Positions 12,624 to 24,931 of a DNA stretch of 64,000 nt are shown here, piece after piece; the stretch's first letter is position 1, and each line of letters opens with the position of its first letter. The notes below the pieces were generated by a model. That model had not been told where the DNA came from. It saw only the letters and a list, made by a program, of their open reading frames with translations, and did not search any database. Made by a program: the position numbers and the translations under genes. The DNA is from Podarcis cretensis (taxonomy: Eukaryota): positions 23,126,001-23,190,000 of the forward strand of contig OX638161.1 of NCBI GenBank assembly GCA_951804945.1. Direction: 5' to 3'.

Positions 12624-15600
12624 CCAACAGAGGAACGATTCGGTTTTTGTTTCCATGTTTTACAATGATTAATTTCCCATGAAAACTAGTTTAAGTAGAC
12701 CAAGATTTTCATTTTCTACAGTTAATATGTTTTTGTCATGTAATGGATTGGACATGCCTTACACATTCTGGAAACGGAGCTGGAGATAATTCCCATCCAT
12801 CTCTCCGGGTATATAGCTCGCTCATCATAGTAGACTAGGCTTCTTGTAGTGTTTTAAGTCGTGTAAAATACTTTCACAGCTTTCGGATTTTAGCATTAAC
12901 ATTGCGAGATGGGGGGTTGTGTGTCTCTGTGTGCAGAAAACCCACTGAACCTTCTTTAACACGAGGAGCTAGTTCTTGAGTTTTGGTAAGTTGATAAAAT
13001 CGGGTACTTTTCTCGGCGTCTTAAATTAAGTGATCATTCGTATCAAAGTTGCTTCTGATTATTTCTCTGCTTGAAGTTATTTATGTTTGTCTTTACTTCT
13101 GCTCGCATGATCAAATATCGAGTGGTGAACTGAAGCTGGTGTATATATACATATATATGTATTTTTGCAAACTGAAAATGAAGGATATTCGCATGCTACA
13201 GTGCGTTTAGAATGAACAATTATCCTCTTCACACTTAACACTATCAGAAACTGGGGGGTCGTATTCTAGAACTACATTTGCTTCTACTAACACAGAACGC
13301 AATCCTCCCAGAGGATCTGCTACGGGAACGTCGTTGGCATAAATTGGGCTTCTGCGCCAGAGAACTTTCTGGAAGATTGTGCCCATATTCCTTTAATCCT
13401 GACGCCCCACCCCACCCCAAATACAGCCAGCTGACCTCCACATTCCTATCTGGCTTTGTTGTTTAAAAATCTGTTTAAATGTTATTTCTCATTATTCCTT
13501 ACTACCCTTACTTTTGGAAGGCAAGCAAATCAAGCAATATGGCGGCCGTTTTGTGTGCGGTTGGTTGTGGGTTTGTTTGTTTTTTTAAAATAACACATTA
13601 AAAACTTTACCCCAAAGACTCATTTCCCATTTTTGTTAATTATTAGCTAAACTCTTTTGATAAAACAATGGCGGGTGCCCCCTCCCTCTTTTCAGTCCTA
13701 TGTGATCCCATTAACAAAATTATTATACACTGCAGGGGAAGTTAGGTAAATTAAACGTAAATGACTGGAAATTAAGTTTCAAATGGCTGCGTGCTTGGAA
13801 AGAGCGAGAGGCGGGAGAGTATATATATAGATATATATGCCTTCAGAGTTCATTGTCTTATACATGGCAACAATGCAGGAAAACATCACTTAGATGGAAT
13901 TGCAGTAAGGCTATACATGTGACAAAAGGAAGGCTCTCTCTCTCCTGTGAATAGTTTTATGATCCTGCATAAAAGCAGGAGGCTATTCAGTCCTGTGTGT
14001 ATCTGTGCTAGTGTTTAAAGGCCAGTCTTCAGTTTATGGTACCAATTTAAGTCTCCTGCCCAAAAGTCCTGCTGGCTTCGCACTTCTCTATGCTGCTGAA
14101 TTACAACCTCCACGTTAAATAGAACAGCCAGATACTTCTCCTTTTCTTTTCTGGTTAAGAAGAATTTCTCGCTTTGCCTAGGTTGCAGATTTCTGGGCTG
14201 CTTTAACTTCGCTTAAACTTCTGCCTCCCAACAAGGCATTCCGAGGCCTGGTGTCTGCCCAGAGAAATATTTGGGTGTTGTTTTAATCCCCTCATTTATC
14301 TGTCTCCCCCCCCCACACACACACACACTTTCCCCCCTTCTGCTTTGTAAAGTTGGCTGGTACTATGCAGAAGAGGCAGGAATGAGCGGAGAGGAAATGG
14401 TGGGGAGGGAAGCAGGAACCTGGGGCACCCCCCCCCCCAGTTACAGAGCACCAGCTACACACGTTGTAAATAAGCCCCTTTAATCTTTATTTATTCTCTG
14501 CCATTTGAGTTATGCCACACTTTGGTCAAGATGGATTTTCCAAGCTAAGAGAAAGCATGTTAGGTCTCTACAGCAACAACAGGCTACAGAGGAGAGATTA
14601 TTTGGGTTATAGAAGGCTGGCGGATGGTTTTCCTAGCGTAACATTGAAAACTGGAGGCCCAGTGTAGAAATCTTCCTACAGACCCACGATTAAAACTCTA
14701 ATAGTGCCATATCCCAAACAGCAACAACAATAATAACAACAGTAAACAACAGCACATTCTCTTTGTAAGGGTTGCTGCTTACAGGCAGAATAATTCACAC
14801 GCAAAAACAAAGATTTATTACCCAACTATTTTTAATTTTTTTTTTTTAGAAATACCCAAGCTAAAGTTAAATAAAACATTATCCCATTACCCATTGTGAC
14901 CCCAAATACTTTCAAGAATCCAGACACTTCACTACAGAAGACCGAAGTTGTTGACTTGTAAACAATATTCTCGGTCATAAAATCCCCAAACTTCCTTTTG
15001 ATTCCACACGCTTAAGACCTGTTATACTATAAGTTCCAAGCCACCTTCCCCTTTAAAAGTCATTTTTAGAGAGTGATTCATTCTTTACAAATGAATCATT
15101 AAAAGCTATTAAATTAATGTTCATCAGTTAAATTGAAGAGCAGTCCTTCCTTGCAAGGGAGGGAAGCATTTGAACGATGAGTAAATCATTATTAGGAGAC
15201 GAGTTTCAATTAGTGACCTTTTATATAAAAAAAGAGAAAATAAAGTTTTTGCAAAATGAACATTAGAGATGATCCGAATTGCACGGATATGTAAGAGGAA
15301 AGTCTATTGAGTCACAAAGAGGCGTAAAAATAGATTTGCATCATATTATAAATGGGATTCCGTGTACTCGTCTCCAAACCCAGCGGATCATAACACTTTC
15401 CAAAGTAATATTATGAAAAGTTAAATACAAGTAGCATATTTACTCACTTATCTAACCACCAAGTAGCCAAACTTCACATCTTAATCCATACATTCTTATT
15501 AACATGTGATATATGCATGTTTCTAAACAAGAGTTTTAAAGGTCGTGCTCTTTTTTTTTCAAATAAGAGGGGAGGGGGGCGGTTGCTGAGGTCCACTTTT

Positions 15601-17052
15601 CCTGCTCTGCTCCCGTTCCCCTCTGCTTTTCCACGCCAATAAAGCGGTTCTATTTACAGTTCGGATGCACTCTGTACACAAATAGAGGGAGGGAGAACCT
15701 ACAGGGGAAATCTGTTTGTAAGAGAGAGCTTTAAAAACAAAACAAAACAAAAACCCCACCACCCATTTCCTTTGCCTGTTATTTCCTTACATTCTCAGGG
15801 AGTGTTAAAACCGCACGGGCTTCCTTGTCATTAAAGCCTAGGCTCCCAACAAATTAAATCGTAATCCGGTACCATTTCACTAATGCTAAACCCTCGACCG
15901 AGCAAATTCACGCTGGCCATTCTGAAGGGATCACGTTGCCATGTAAATCTGATCTGAGAGCAATTGAGTATATGTGTGGCGGATAATTCCTGCGAGCAGA
16001 TTACAGCGTCTGTAATAGAGGAGTGATAGATAGGTGGATTGGATTACAACTTTCATTTGTCCAAATTGCAGCGCTGACCTCTATATTCGGATAATCAGAA
16101 GTTGGGATAAACTGGAGAGGTTTGTTTTATTTGCGTTTGCATGGATGTGCAAGGTGGGGGGGGCACGTATGGTTGTTGTGTGTGGTGTGTGGGGTTTTTT
16201 TGGGGGGAGGGGGAGTGCCTGGCAGTTACCAGAAGCTGGACAGCTCGGAGACGGAGTTATGAGATGACAGTAATTGGCAGAGAATATGAGAGAAACTGGC
16301 AAATTACAGTTCCCTTATGAAACACGAAGTTGAAGTATTTAAAAATATTTCTTGAAATATACAGTTGTTCACATTCAAAATAATACAAAACAAAGTGGTG
16401 GTCTTGGGGAGTTAGGATTAAATTATATGGCATTACTGTACCAATCTTAAGGTAGGACGAACTAGTGGTTCGCCATGCAGAAAGGTTAGCGTGGGAAGAA
16501 GCCATGGAGAGAAATGCCCAAACTTCAGCCATTTGGGCAACTCTTCCAGCCCCCTCGTCCATTCATTCATTAGCTTAAAAACACAATATCAGAAGGGCAC
16601 CGAATTCTGAGCGAGTTTCATTTATCCCTGAGTTAAACCTGTGCCGAATTGAAAAGAAAAAAAACAAAACTCCAACGCACAAAGTAGACACAGACAATAT
16701 TTTCTGCCGGCTCACCTCTATCGACAACACGGGCACCATCTAGCAGATGACCATTCCCAGCTGCCTTAAATATTTTTCTCCCCGATGCCTGGTGATCAAT
16801 AAGGAGTGTTGTTGGCCGTCAGACCAACCGCTGCCCTTAACTCTAAACTGTCCAAAGACCCGGCCTTAACCACAAAAACGCAAGAGGGCACCGTTCTTGA
16901 GAGATATGCGGGAATATCGTTCTAGCTCAGCTCCATTCCCACCCATTCATCTTCCGGACTTTATACAAAGGTACCGCAGGAACTTAAAAGTACAGGGTTT
17001 GATTAGGACCCTCGTGACAAAATACGAGTGTGAGTGTGTAAACACACACAGA

Positions 17053-17056
<4 letters not shown>

Positions 17057-17118
<62 letters not shown>
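17057..17118 (+). repeat. Compound (TC)n(AC)n microsatellite
   Basis: Directly visible; similar tracts at about 33829-33897, 50392-50442 and 60068-60111. Confidence 0.95.
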
Positions 17119-17120
<2 letters not shown>

Positions 17121-17849
17121 CCATTCATTTCATTAGGATCCTTTATGGAGGGAGACACGAAATATTTTTTCTCCATCCGTCCCCAGGAGGTGGCTTAAAG
17201 TTCTTATTTTTTTAAGATGCTCCATAATGAACAGCCCTATAACCCTCTCCAAAAGTATACCCAGATCGGTCAAACTTTTTCATCTAGCGTTCCTCTTCTT
17301 CCTATATATGCTTCTATATGAATTTATAGCTCCCCTCCCCCTCCCCGCCATATTCCTGTAAAAACCCAAGGGTGGGGTGTGGGGGATAATAACCTCTTCC
17401 CCCAACCAAAACACGCTGGAAATTACCAAACTTTTCCAGATGAAACGAATTCCTTTTTTAATTTCCTTTTCCCTCGTGTCCACGACAGCAGCAATGATAG
17501 AATCAGTTCTCATTTGTTTTATTCTTCTTGTCTTTCCACCCTCTTCCTCCTCCTCCTCTTGCATTTATTTATTTATTTATTTTCTTCTTTAAAAGAAAAA
17601 GAAAACAACAGCCAAAGGAAAGTCCAATTTTTTTAATCGATTTATCTCTTCCTCCCCCCCCCAATCATTAGTATGTGGTTAAGAGGGAGGGTGTCTATCT
17701 GTGTTATGTGGGGGTGGAGGGGGCGCGCGTATCTGTTGTTCAAAAGTGATGGTGTTGGTGGCAGAGATGCTTTCGCTGGTTTGTTCTAGGGGGGTCCCCT
17801 GTGCAAAGCTAACCCCTCTAGGGTGCGATTTCGCAGTCTTCGACTTCTG

Positions 17850-18024
17850 CTATTGGTCAGCGCGTGATCAGATGGTTCTCTTTCCTTATGTCCCTGGTTG
17901 GCACGCGGCCATCCCCCTTCAGCTAAAACCCAATCTCCCATATACTGCTAATAGCTAAACCGCTTGGACTATAAAACGCAACAAATCATAAAGACCAAGG
18001 GAAAGAACAGACGCTGTTCCTCTG

Positions 18025-18058
<34 letters not shown>

Positions 18059-18062
18059 TCCA
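17850..18062 (+). promoter_or_regulatory. HOXB6 proximal promoter / 5' UTR with (TTA)10
   Basis: ATTGG 17852-17856, CAGATG 17869-17874, ctataaaacgcaacaaatcataaa Hox-type leader motif, (TTA)10 at 18027-18056. Confidence 0.65.
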
Positions 18063-18483
18063 ATGAGTTCTTATTTTGTCAACTCTACTTTTCCGGTGAG
18101 CTTAGCCGGGGGTCAAGAACCGTTTCTGGGACAGCTCCCCTTATATTCCACGGGGTATGCGGACCCTTTAAGGCACTACCCTGCCACTTATGGAACTGGG
18201 GGTGGGGGGGTCCCGGATAAAGGTTACCCGGGCGCGCCTTACTACCAGCAAGCCAACGGAGCTTACAACCGGAGCCCAGCCTGCGATTACGGGACATCTG
18301 GTTTTTACAGAGAGAAAGAGACAGCCTGTTCTCTTTCGAGTTTAGAGGACCCTGTTCCGTTCGGCCAGGAGCAAGTCCGGAAGTCAGATTGCTCCCAGAA
18401 CAAACACGCTTTCGGGGAGAGCGAAGACCAGAAGTGCTCCACGCCGGTGTACCCCTGGATGCAGAGGATGAACTCCTGCAACA
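18063..18483 (+). CDS. HOXB6: Homeobox protein Hox-B6, coding exon 1
   Basis: MSSYFVNSTFPVSLAGGQEPFLGQLPLYS...ADPLRHYP...KCSTPVYPWMQRMNSCN; donor ACA|GTAAGT after 18483 (phase 1). Confidence 0.97.
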
Positions 18484-18880
18484 GTAAGTTCCTCTTTTCT
18501 CTCTGTTCTCTGTAAGGATGGCCAGACAGACAGACGGATAGATAGGGAGGGAGGGTTCCCTTTCACCTCATCTCTTTCTGAACAGGAAACGCTGCCCTTC
18601 TCTTCTCAGCTTCCAGACAGCGGGAAGCAGAAACTTTCCTCAAACTTTTATCCTACTTAGATCATAACTTCCATAACGAAGGTTTGAGTGTATGTGAGTG
18701 TGCGCGCCTGTGTATACATATATATTCTTTGCACGAGGTTCCCTCCAGTGAGTTCGTTTCTTTAGCCAACTTTCTGTTATCTGGGGAGGTACGGAGATTA
18801 TTGATTGACCGGCTCTGTCTTGTGGAAGGCAATGTTAGCTGTCACTCAGGAGGAGTGATTTAGAGACGTGTCTGGTGTAC

Positions 18881-18918
<38 letters not shown>

Positions 18919-20573
18919 GCACACACGCACGATGCAATCCATATCACACTGAAGTCCCCCCCCCCAATTGAATTTAATGGACTTGGTTTTAGCCCCCTTC
19001 TCATATCTCTCTCTCCCCCCCCCGCTCTCACACACACCTTGGCCAATTCATATCCCAGAGAGTGTATTTCTATAACCCAGCCAGTTGAATAATGTCGGAA
19101 GGGCTTAAATATTTGAAAGGAGAGAGCTACATTTTTAATGAAACTCGCACATAATGAAATGCCTGTCTGGAGAGGAGTTGCAGATAGTTTCTCTTTCACT
19201 CACTCACTCATTCCCGTACTCTCTCTCTCTTCCCCACCCCCACCCCTTCTTCTGTGATCGACCATGGCCCTCCAGGTGCTAGATTTTCCATGAAAACACA
19301 TTCTTGAAAATGAGGTGGAAACAGCAGCCTTTCCTCCTCCCTTCTCTGTGTTTACATGTATTATACAGTACGTTGTCGATCTCAAAAATTCCGGAGTGGG
19401 CTGATGTTGGGCGTGGGGGAGGGGGAAGGAATCAATAAACTTACCTTATTGCTGAAACTCTGGAATCTATTCCAGTTACCGATAAAATACGCGGGGTGGG
19501 GGTGGGGAGGGAAAACAGAAGAGAAGGGGAGAGAGGAGGAGGGACCCAGGACCTTGCAAGTTTTACATAACAGAAAGGAGCTGCCCCAGAAGGAAACTGA
19601 AGTAAGGATAGAAAGGGAATTCATAACCTCCCATGAATTCTGTCCGGAAATAAGTGCGAAAAGGGGAGGCAAACGCCTTAGCAACTCTCTCAGGACAAAA
19701 TCCTGCAAGCCTTTCCACTGCGACCCTAAAAACACATTAGCTGGGAAGCTAAGTCTCATTGATTTCTATGCGCCATTACTTCCCAGTGGCACCTCGATCC
19801 TGAGCTCATTTACTTTCCAGAAAGTCTTACTGCTTCTCTTCGGTGGGGTTTTCCTTCCAAGCTTTTAAGATGGCTTTGAGGGACCACGAGCTCTGAGAGT
19901 AACGCCTTCCGCTCCCAAACAGCATTATTCCAAAAGTAAAATATCGCGGAGCCCACGGGGGTTTACTCCCAAGGCAGTATGCACAGGACCGCAGCCTTAG
20001 CCCTCCATGAACTCCGCTCAGTGGGGGCACTAGAGTCCACAAGGCAGGGAAACGCAAGGGTGGGTGGGGGAAGGGGGGGTGGACCTTTTCTGCTGGAGGA
20101 GCTAAGCTCCATAGAACAGGAACGGCCAGCTTTCGAGTTACACAGATCTCTTCTTCAAGGTGTTTATTATCATTATTTTCTTTTGAAAGGATTGCATATG
20201 TTGATTGGCCAGGCTGCAAGTTTTGAAGCTCAGCCTTTTGGGAGCAGGGTTGGGCCTCTCCAGAGATCATGCTTATGCATGGGGGCAATGTCCCCACAAA
20301 ACTACAACCCAAATGGAGTGCAGGGTTATTTTGGAAGACCTTTCGAAAGCATCAAGTGAAGGCAACCCAAACTGAGTTTCTGTTTTCTTGTATGCATCTT
20401 CATTCCTTTAATTTCCTATCCTTCTGGAAGTTTATGTGTACAAGAGGGCCTTTTGATCGGAGAGATTGGAGGACAGGGATGCGGTGGGGGGGCACAAGGA
20501 GAGCGGAAGTGAAGAGAACACCTTCTCACACACACACACACAACACACACACACAAACTGGTTAGCCTAGTAG

Positions 20574-20912
<339 letters not shown>

Positions 20913-21452
20913 GAGAGAGGTTGCAGAGGAAGGAGGGAGAGAGAAGGAAGACAGCGAAAATGCCAACGGTTGTGAGGGGCTCCCAAAAGGGCAAAAATAA
21001 AAGGCACAGCGGAGACACACTTCTTTTTTTTTTTTTTTGTAAAATACCCGAGACTGTATGGAGGTGTTGGCCCATCTTCCTCATGCACCCTCTCTCGCAT
21101 CCAGTAATCTGTCGTGTCATAATCAAGCTTCTAGTCCAGTTTATTTCCCTATTCTTTCTATTGGCCCTTCCTCTTCCCCGCCCCCGCACCACAAACGGAT
21201 TTTTTTTTTTTAGGGTGTCCTTCTTAGGATTCTTGCTAACTCTTGTATTTAAATGGAGGTGCTGCAATATATGTGTCAGATTTTTGGGGTTGTTGATTGT
21301 CTTCATTTTGTAAAACAAAAGTCTCATGCACGATTTTACTTCTATGTTGCTTTTTTAAAAAAGAAAAGAAGAGTTAAACTAGGTTCTTTGACATTTAAGG
21401 GTTGCTGTTGCTTTTTTTTTTTAAGAAAAGATCTATTGAAAAGGAACAATTG

Positions 21453-21459
21453 CTACCTA
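21453..21459 (+). promoter_or_regulatory. miR-196 7mer-A1 site in HOXB6 3' UTR
   Basis: CTACCTA upstream of AATAAA 21579-21584. Confidence 0.45.
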
Positions 21460-21578
21460 AAAAAATATGGTGAAATAAAAAAAATAGGAGGGGTGTTTTT
21501 GTTTGTTTTGTTTTATTACATTTTTTTGTACAGTGTTGTGTTTGTAGTTTGTGTTAGTTATGGAGATGGAAGTTCTCT

Positions 21579-21584
21579 AATAAA
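21579..21584 (+). terminator. Probable HOXB6 polyadenylation signal
   Basis: AATAAA about 670 nt after the stop, at the end of a U-rich UTR. Confidence 0.5.
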
Positions 21585-23029
21585 CAGCAAACAAACATGT
21601 TGAGAAAAACACTTGGCACGTTCCTATTTTTAGGGTGTGCGTCCTCCTCCCCTCTCCACACTCACATATACACACACACACAAACACACACAGAGATACT
21701 TCTTTCCTGAGGAATTGGTCTACCTACAGAAGCTGTGGGCTTGTTAGGGGGGAAAGGGAACAATAAAAAACCCTGCTGTTTGATAGAAGTTCTCTCCCCT
21801 AACCTGAACAGCCATGCAATTTTTTAAGCTTTGCAGAAGTTAGCGCTGAAAGATAGATTCGGCTCCTCACACCTCCCACTTCCAATACTCCTCAGCCTAA
21901 TCTTAAATGAAAGACCTTTTCACCAAGAATATCTTGGAGTTGACATTTAACTTTAATATGGATATATTTTATTGTTAACAGCACAAAAGAGTTATGAAGA
22001 GGGGGGGAAGCTCACCGCATATATAATAAATCAAGGGAGCAGGCATAACTGTGCCCCCTCCCCAATCATGCATCTGCTAGAAGATATCTAACATTTGTAT
22101 AGCCGCCTTCAAATATTTGGCCCACTTCCTTTCAGCTCGTTCTCCCGCCACCGCCTGCTCAAACACCCCACAACTACGAGCTACATATAACTCAAAAATT
22201 ATATTAAAAAGGTGGAACCACAAGCAGTTCGCACTTTTTTGTGTGCACGAAGCTGAAAGGGATATACCAGCAGGAAACTTAACGAATGATTGGAATACCG
22301 CTAATCTCTTTCAAGCAACATTATTTATATATATATATAATATAGAACCGTACACCTCTCTCTGCCCCCCCCCCAAGTGCCTCCTTCCAACATTTCTTTA
22401 TATTCTTTTATTGCATGGCGACATGCTTGCCATGGTTAGACAAACAACAGTTTCCAGAGAGCTCCAGGATTACTTAGGGAAGCTTTGAAACGCAGCTTTT
22501 CGCTAATTGTCATTGTCTCTCTCGTTCTGTGGAAGCAAGCGGTCTGCAACTCTTTCTGACTTGCTGTTATTCTGCAACCAAGTTCCCTTATTTTGTTTAA
22601 ACTCCTCCCCCCCCCAAAAAAAAGGATCGTGGATTATTATATTACAACTTTGGCCACCCCAAATTCACAGGTACCTCAACACCTCAAACCTCCCCCCCTC
22701 CAAATTATGGTGTTAATGGCAGACATTTAAAAAAATCAATTCCAGCAGAAGCCTCGCAGCTGCAGGACACTTATCCTTATTGCTACTCTTTTCATTGGCC
22801 GTAATTATTATGATTATATGTCACTTTGAATAGGGCTCATAATTTCCAATGGGTTCCAGGCTGACTTCTCGAAATTCCTGAGCGTTCTTCGAGAAAAAAA
22901 ACAAAGAGTGGGGGAAAAACATTTCGGAAATGCTGGAGAAAGCAAAGGCTTTTATAAATCTGGCCCATTTACTTACTTATTTATTTTTGCAGGGTTCACT
23001 TCAAACCTAACGTTGGTTTCCAATTTTTA

Positions 23030-23119
23030 GGCTGTAATCCAACACCCACTTACCTGAGAGTAAGCCCTACTGAATACAATAGGACTTCTTTCTGTGTAGG
23101 TATGCATAGGATTGCCCTT
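23030..23119. mobile_element. MITE-like element, family A, flanked by TTA/TTA
   Basis: tta|ggctgtaatcc...cttacctgagagtaagccctactgaatacaataggac...tgcataggattgccctt|tta; 90 bp, terminal inverted repeats and a 3-bp TWA duplication. Confidence 0.7.
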
Positions 23120-23418
23120 TTAAGTGGGGACAGCATTCTATTGTAACTGTTCATGTTATGGGCGATATATGTCACTCAGGATATCACCAGTTATATGAAT
23201 AAATACACAGAACTCCCTAATTTTTTAAGGGGATAGTCTTTCCTTTCTAATATCTAGGCAGCAAAGGTACTGAGATGTAATAATAATAGCAACAACAATA
23301 GCAACAGCAGTACTCCTGATTATGTGAACCAAGTGCAGTGCAAATAAGTGAAAAGCGTTCAGTTATTAGCACAGGTAGGTGCTGGTTTTGAGAGGCACGT
23401 ATCCTTCAGGTAGGATTA

Positions 23419-23503
23419 GACTGCAGTGCTATGCACACTTACCTGGAGGCAAGCTCCACTGAACCTAGAGGGGCTTACTTCTGAGTAAACATGCATATAA
23501 TGG
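23419..23503. mobile_element. MITE-like element, family A
   Basis: gactgcagtgctatgcacacttacctggaggcaagctccactgaac...ggggcttacttctgagtaaacatgcata. Confidence 0.65.
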
Positions 23504-23935
23504 GAAGAAAGCAGGGAGGGAAAGGCGGAACGAAAAAAGAGGAGCAGGCGTTTGAGTTTAAATTAGGATGGACTCTCTGGTGCGGACCTTTTCTGACACC
23601 AACACAATAAAGGCATTGGGGTTATAATTTATTATCACAGCATCAATTACCACCAGTAGTCATAATAATAGCAATGTTTTAATACACAAAAGCGCACCAG
23701 CGTGGAAGGAGGCAAACGGGGCTGTGTTAGGGGGAAATGTTACCTTCAGAAATAACAAGATTTAAAAAGAGAAATAAAGATTCCGAAAGGACACTTTTGG
23801 GGAGTGTAGCCATGGAAGTATTTTATTTCTGTAAAAGGTGGGCACGGAATCAGAGCGCGTTACTCTTTCTTTTCTTTATTTTTTTAAAAAAACCTGGGTG
23901 AGCTTATCCTCCATGCCGGCTAACTCTTCCTTTGC

Positions 23936-23949
23936 CCAGTAGGTGGCGC
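23936..23949 (+). promoter_or_regulatory. CTCF motif between HOXB6 and HOXB5
   Basis: CCAGTAGGTGGCGC is an exact match to CCASYAGRKGGCRS, about 350 bp upstream of the HOXB5 ATG. Confidence 0.7.
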
Positions 23950-24047
23950 AGTCCGCCAACAAGGAGCCACCTCTGCTTTCTGATTCCTCCCCCCTTCTTT
24001 CCTCCCCCTTTTGGAAGCCGCGCATTGACATGGGCCTAACGATTCTC

Positions 24048-24297
24048 GGATCGTCATTATTTGTAACCATAGAGCATGAATTGCCTCTTGAGGTCATCAG
24101 TGAGAATTTACGACTGGTCAACAAAAGCACGTGACTCCCAAACGCACCCCCCACCCCACCCCCATATTTGGCCGCATACATAGCAAAAACGAAGTACAGT
24201 GCATCGCTATAATTCATTAATACATCATAAATCCTCAAGCACAGGGGTTATAACGACCACGAGCCCCACAAATCAAGCCCTCCAAAATACAACCCAA
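24048..24297 (+). promoter_or_regulatory. Highly conserved Hox5 promoter / 5' UTR block
   Basis: gtaaccatagagcatgaatt...gaggtcatcagtgagaatttacgactggtcaacaaaagcacgtgac...catatttggccgcatacatagcaaaaacgaagtacagtgcatcgctataattcattaatacatcataaatc; E-box 24128-24133; recognisable Hox5 paralogue conserved sequence. Confidence 0.8.
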
Positions 24298-24931
24298 ATG
24301 AGTTCTTACTTTGTAAACTCGTTCTCAGGACGCTATCCTAATGCCCCAGACTATCAGCTGTTAAATTATGGGACCGGCAGTTCCATGAACGGATCTTATA
24401 GAGATCCAGGCAACATGCACGCCGGCTCTTATGGTGGATACAACTACAATGGGATGGATCTGAGCATCAGCCGTTCAACCTCCTCCTCCAGCCACTTTGC
24501 AACGGTTGGGGAGAGCTCCCGCGCCATCCCTGCCCAAGCCGCGCCGGAGAGCAGGTTCAGACAGGCGTCGAGCTGCTCCTTGTCCTCTCCCGAGTCCCTC
24601 CCTTGCACCAGCACCAGCAACAACAACAACCACAACGGCGGCGGAGGAGGAGGCGGCGGCGGCAGCGGCAGCAGCAACGGCGAGAGCCATGGAGGCAAAG
24701 CAGCCGCGTCTTCGCCCGCCGACCAGGCAGCTTCGGTCGGCACGGCCAACGCCACCAGTTTCACAGAGATAGACGAAACCAGCGCGTCCTCGGGAACCGA
24801 AGAGAGCGGCTCCCAAGTCAACAGCAACGGCGTCAGAGCTCAGGCAGAGCCCATCGCCACGTCCACGCCAGCCACAGAAGGACAGAGCCCACAGATATTC
24901 CCCTGGATGCGAAAACTTCATATTAGCCATG
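24298..24931 (+). CDS. HOXB5: Homeobox protein Hox-B5, coding exon 1
   Basis: MSSYFVNSFSGRYPNAPDYQLLNYG...RFRQASSCSLSSPESLPC...FTEIDE...PQIFPWMRKLHISH; donor CATG|GTACA after 24931 (phase 1). Confidence 0.97.

Noticed and set aside
24199-24297. N-terminal extensions of Hox ORFs from GTG/TTG starts (24199, 17964, 47264, 20577, 49373) and the intronic ATG at 26311
   Set aside because: Conserved Hox N-termini (MSSYF, MAMSSF) or splice acceptors define the true boundaries; the extensions are UTR or intron.
24444-24930. Overlapping alternate-frame and antisense ORFs in HOXB5 exon 1 (poly-Q/R, poly-A, poly-P)
   Set aside because: By-products of GC-rich triplet repeats in the real CDS; no independent evidence.
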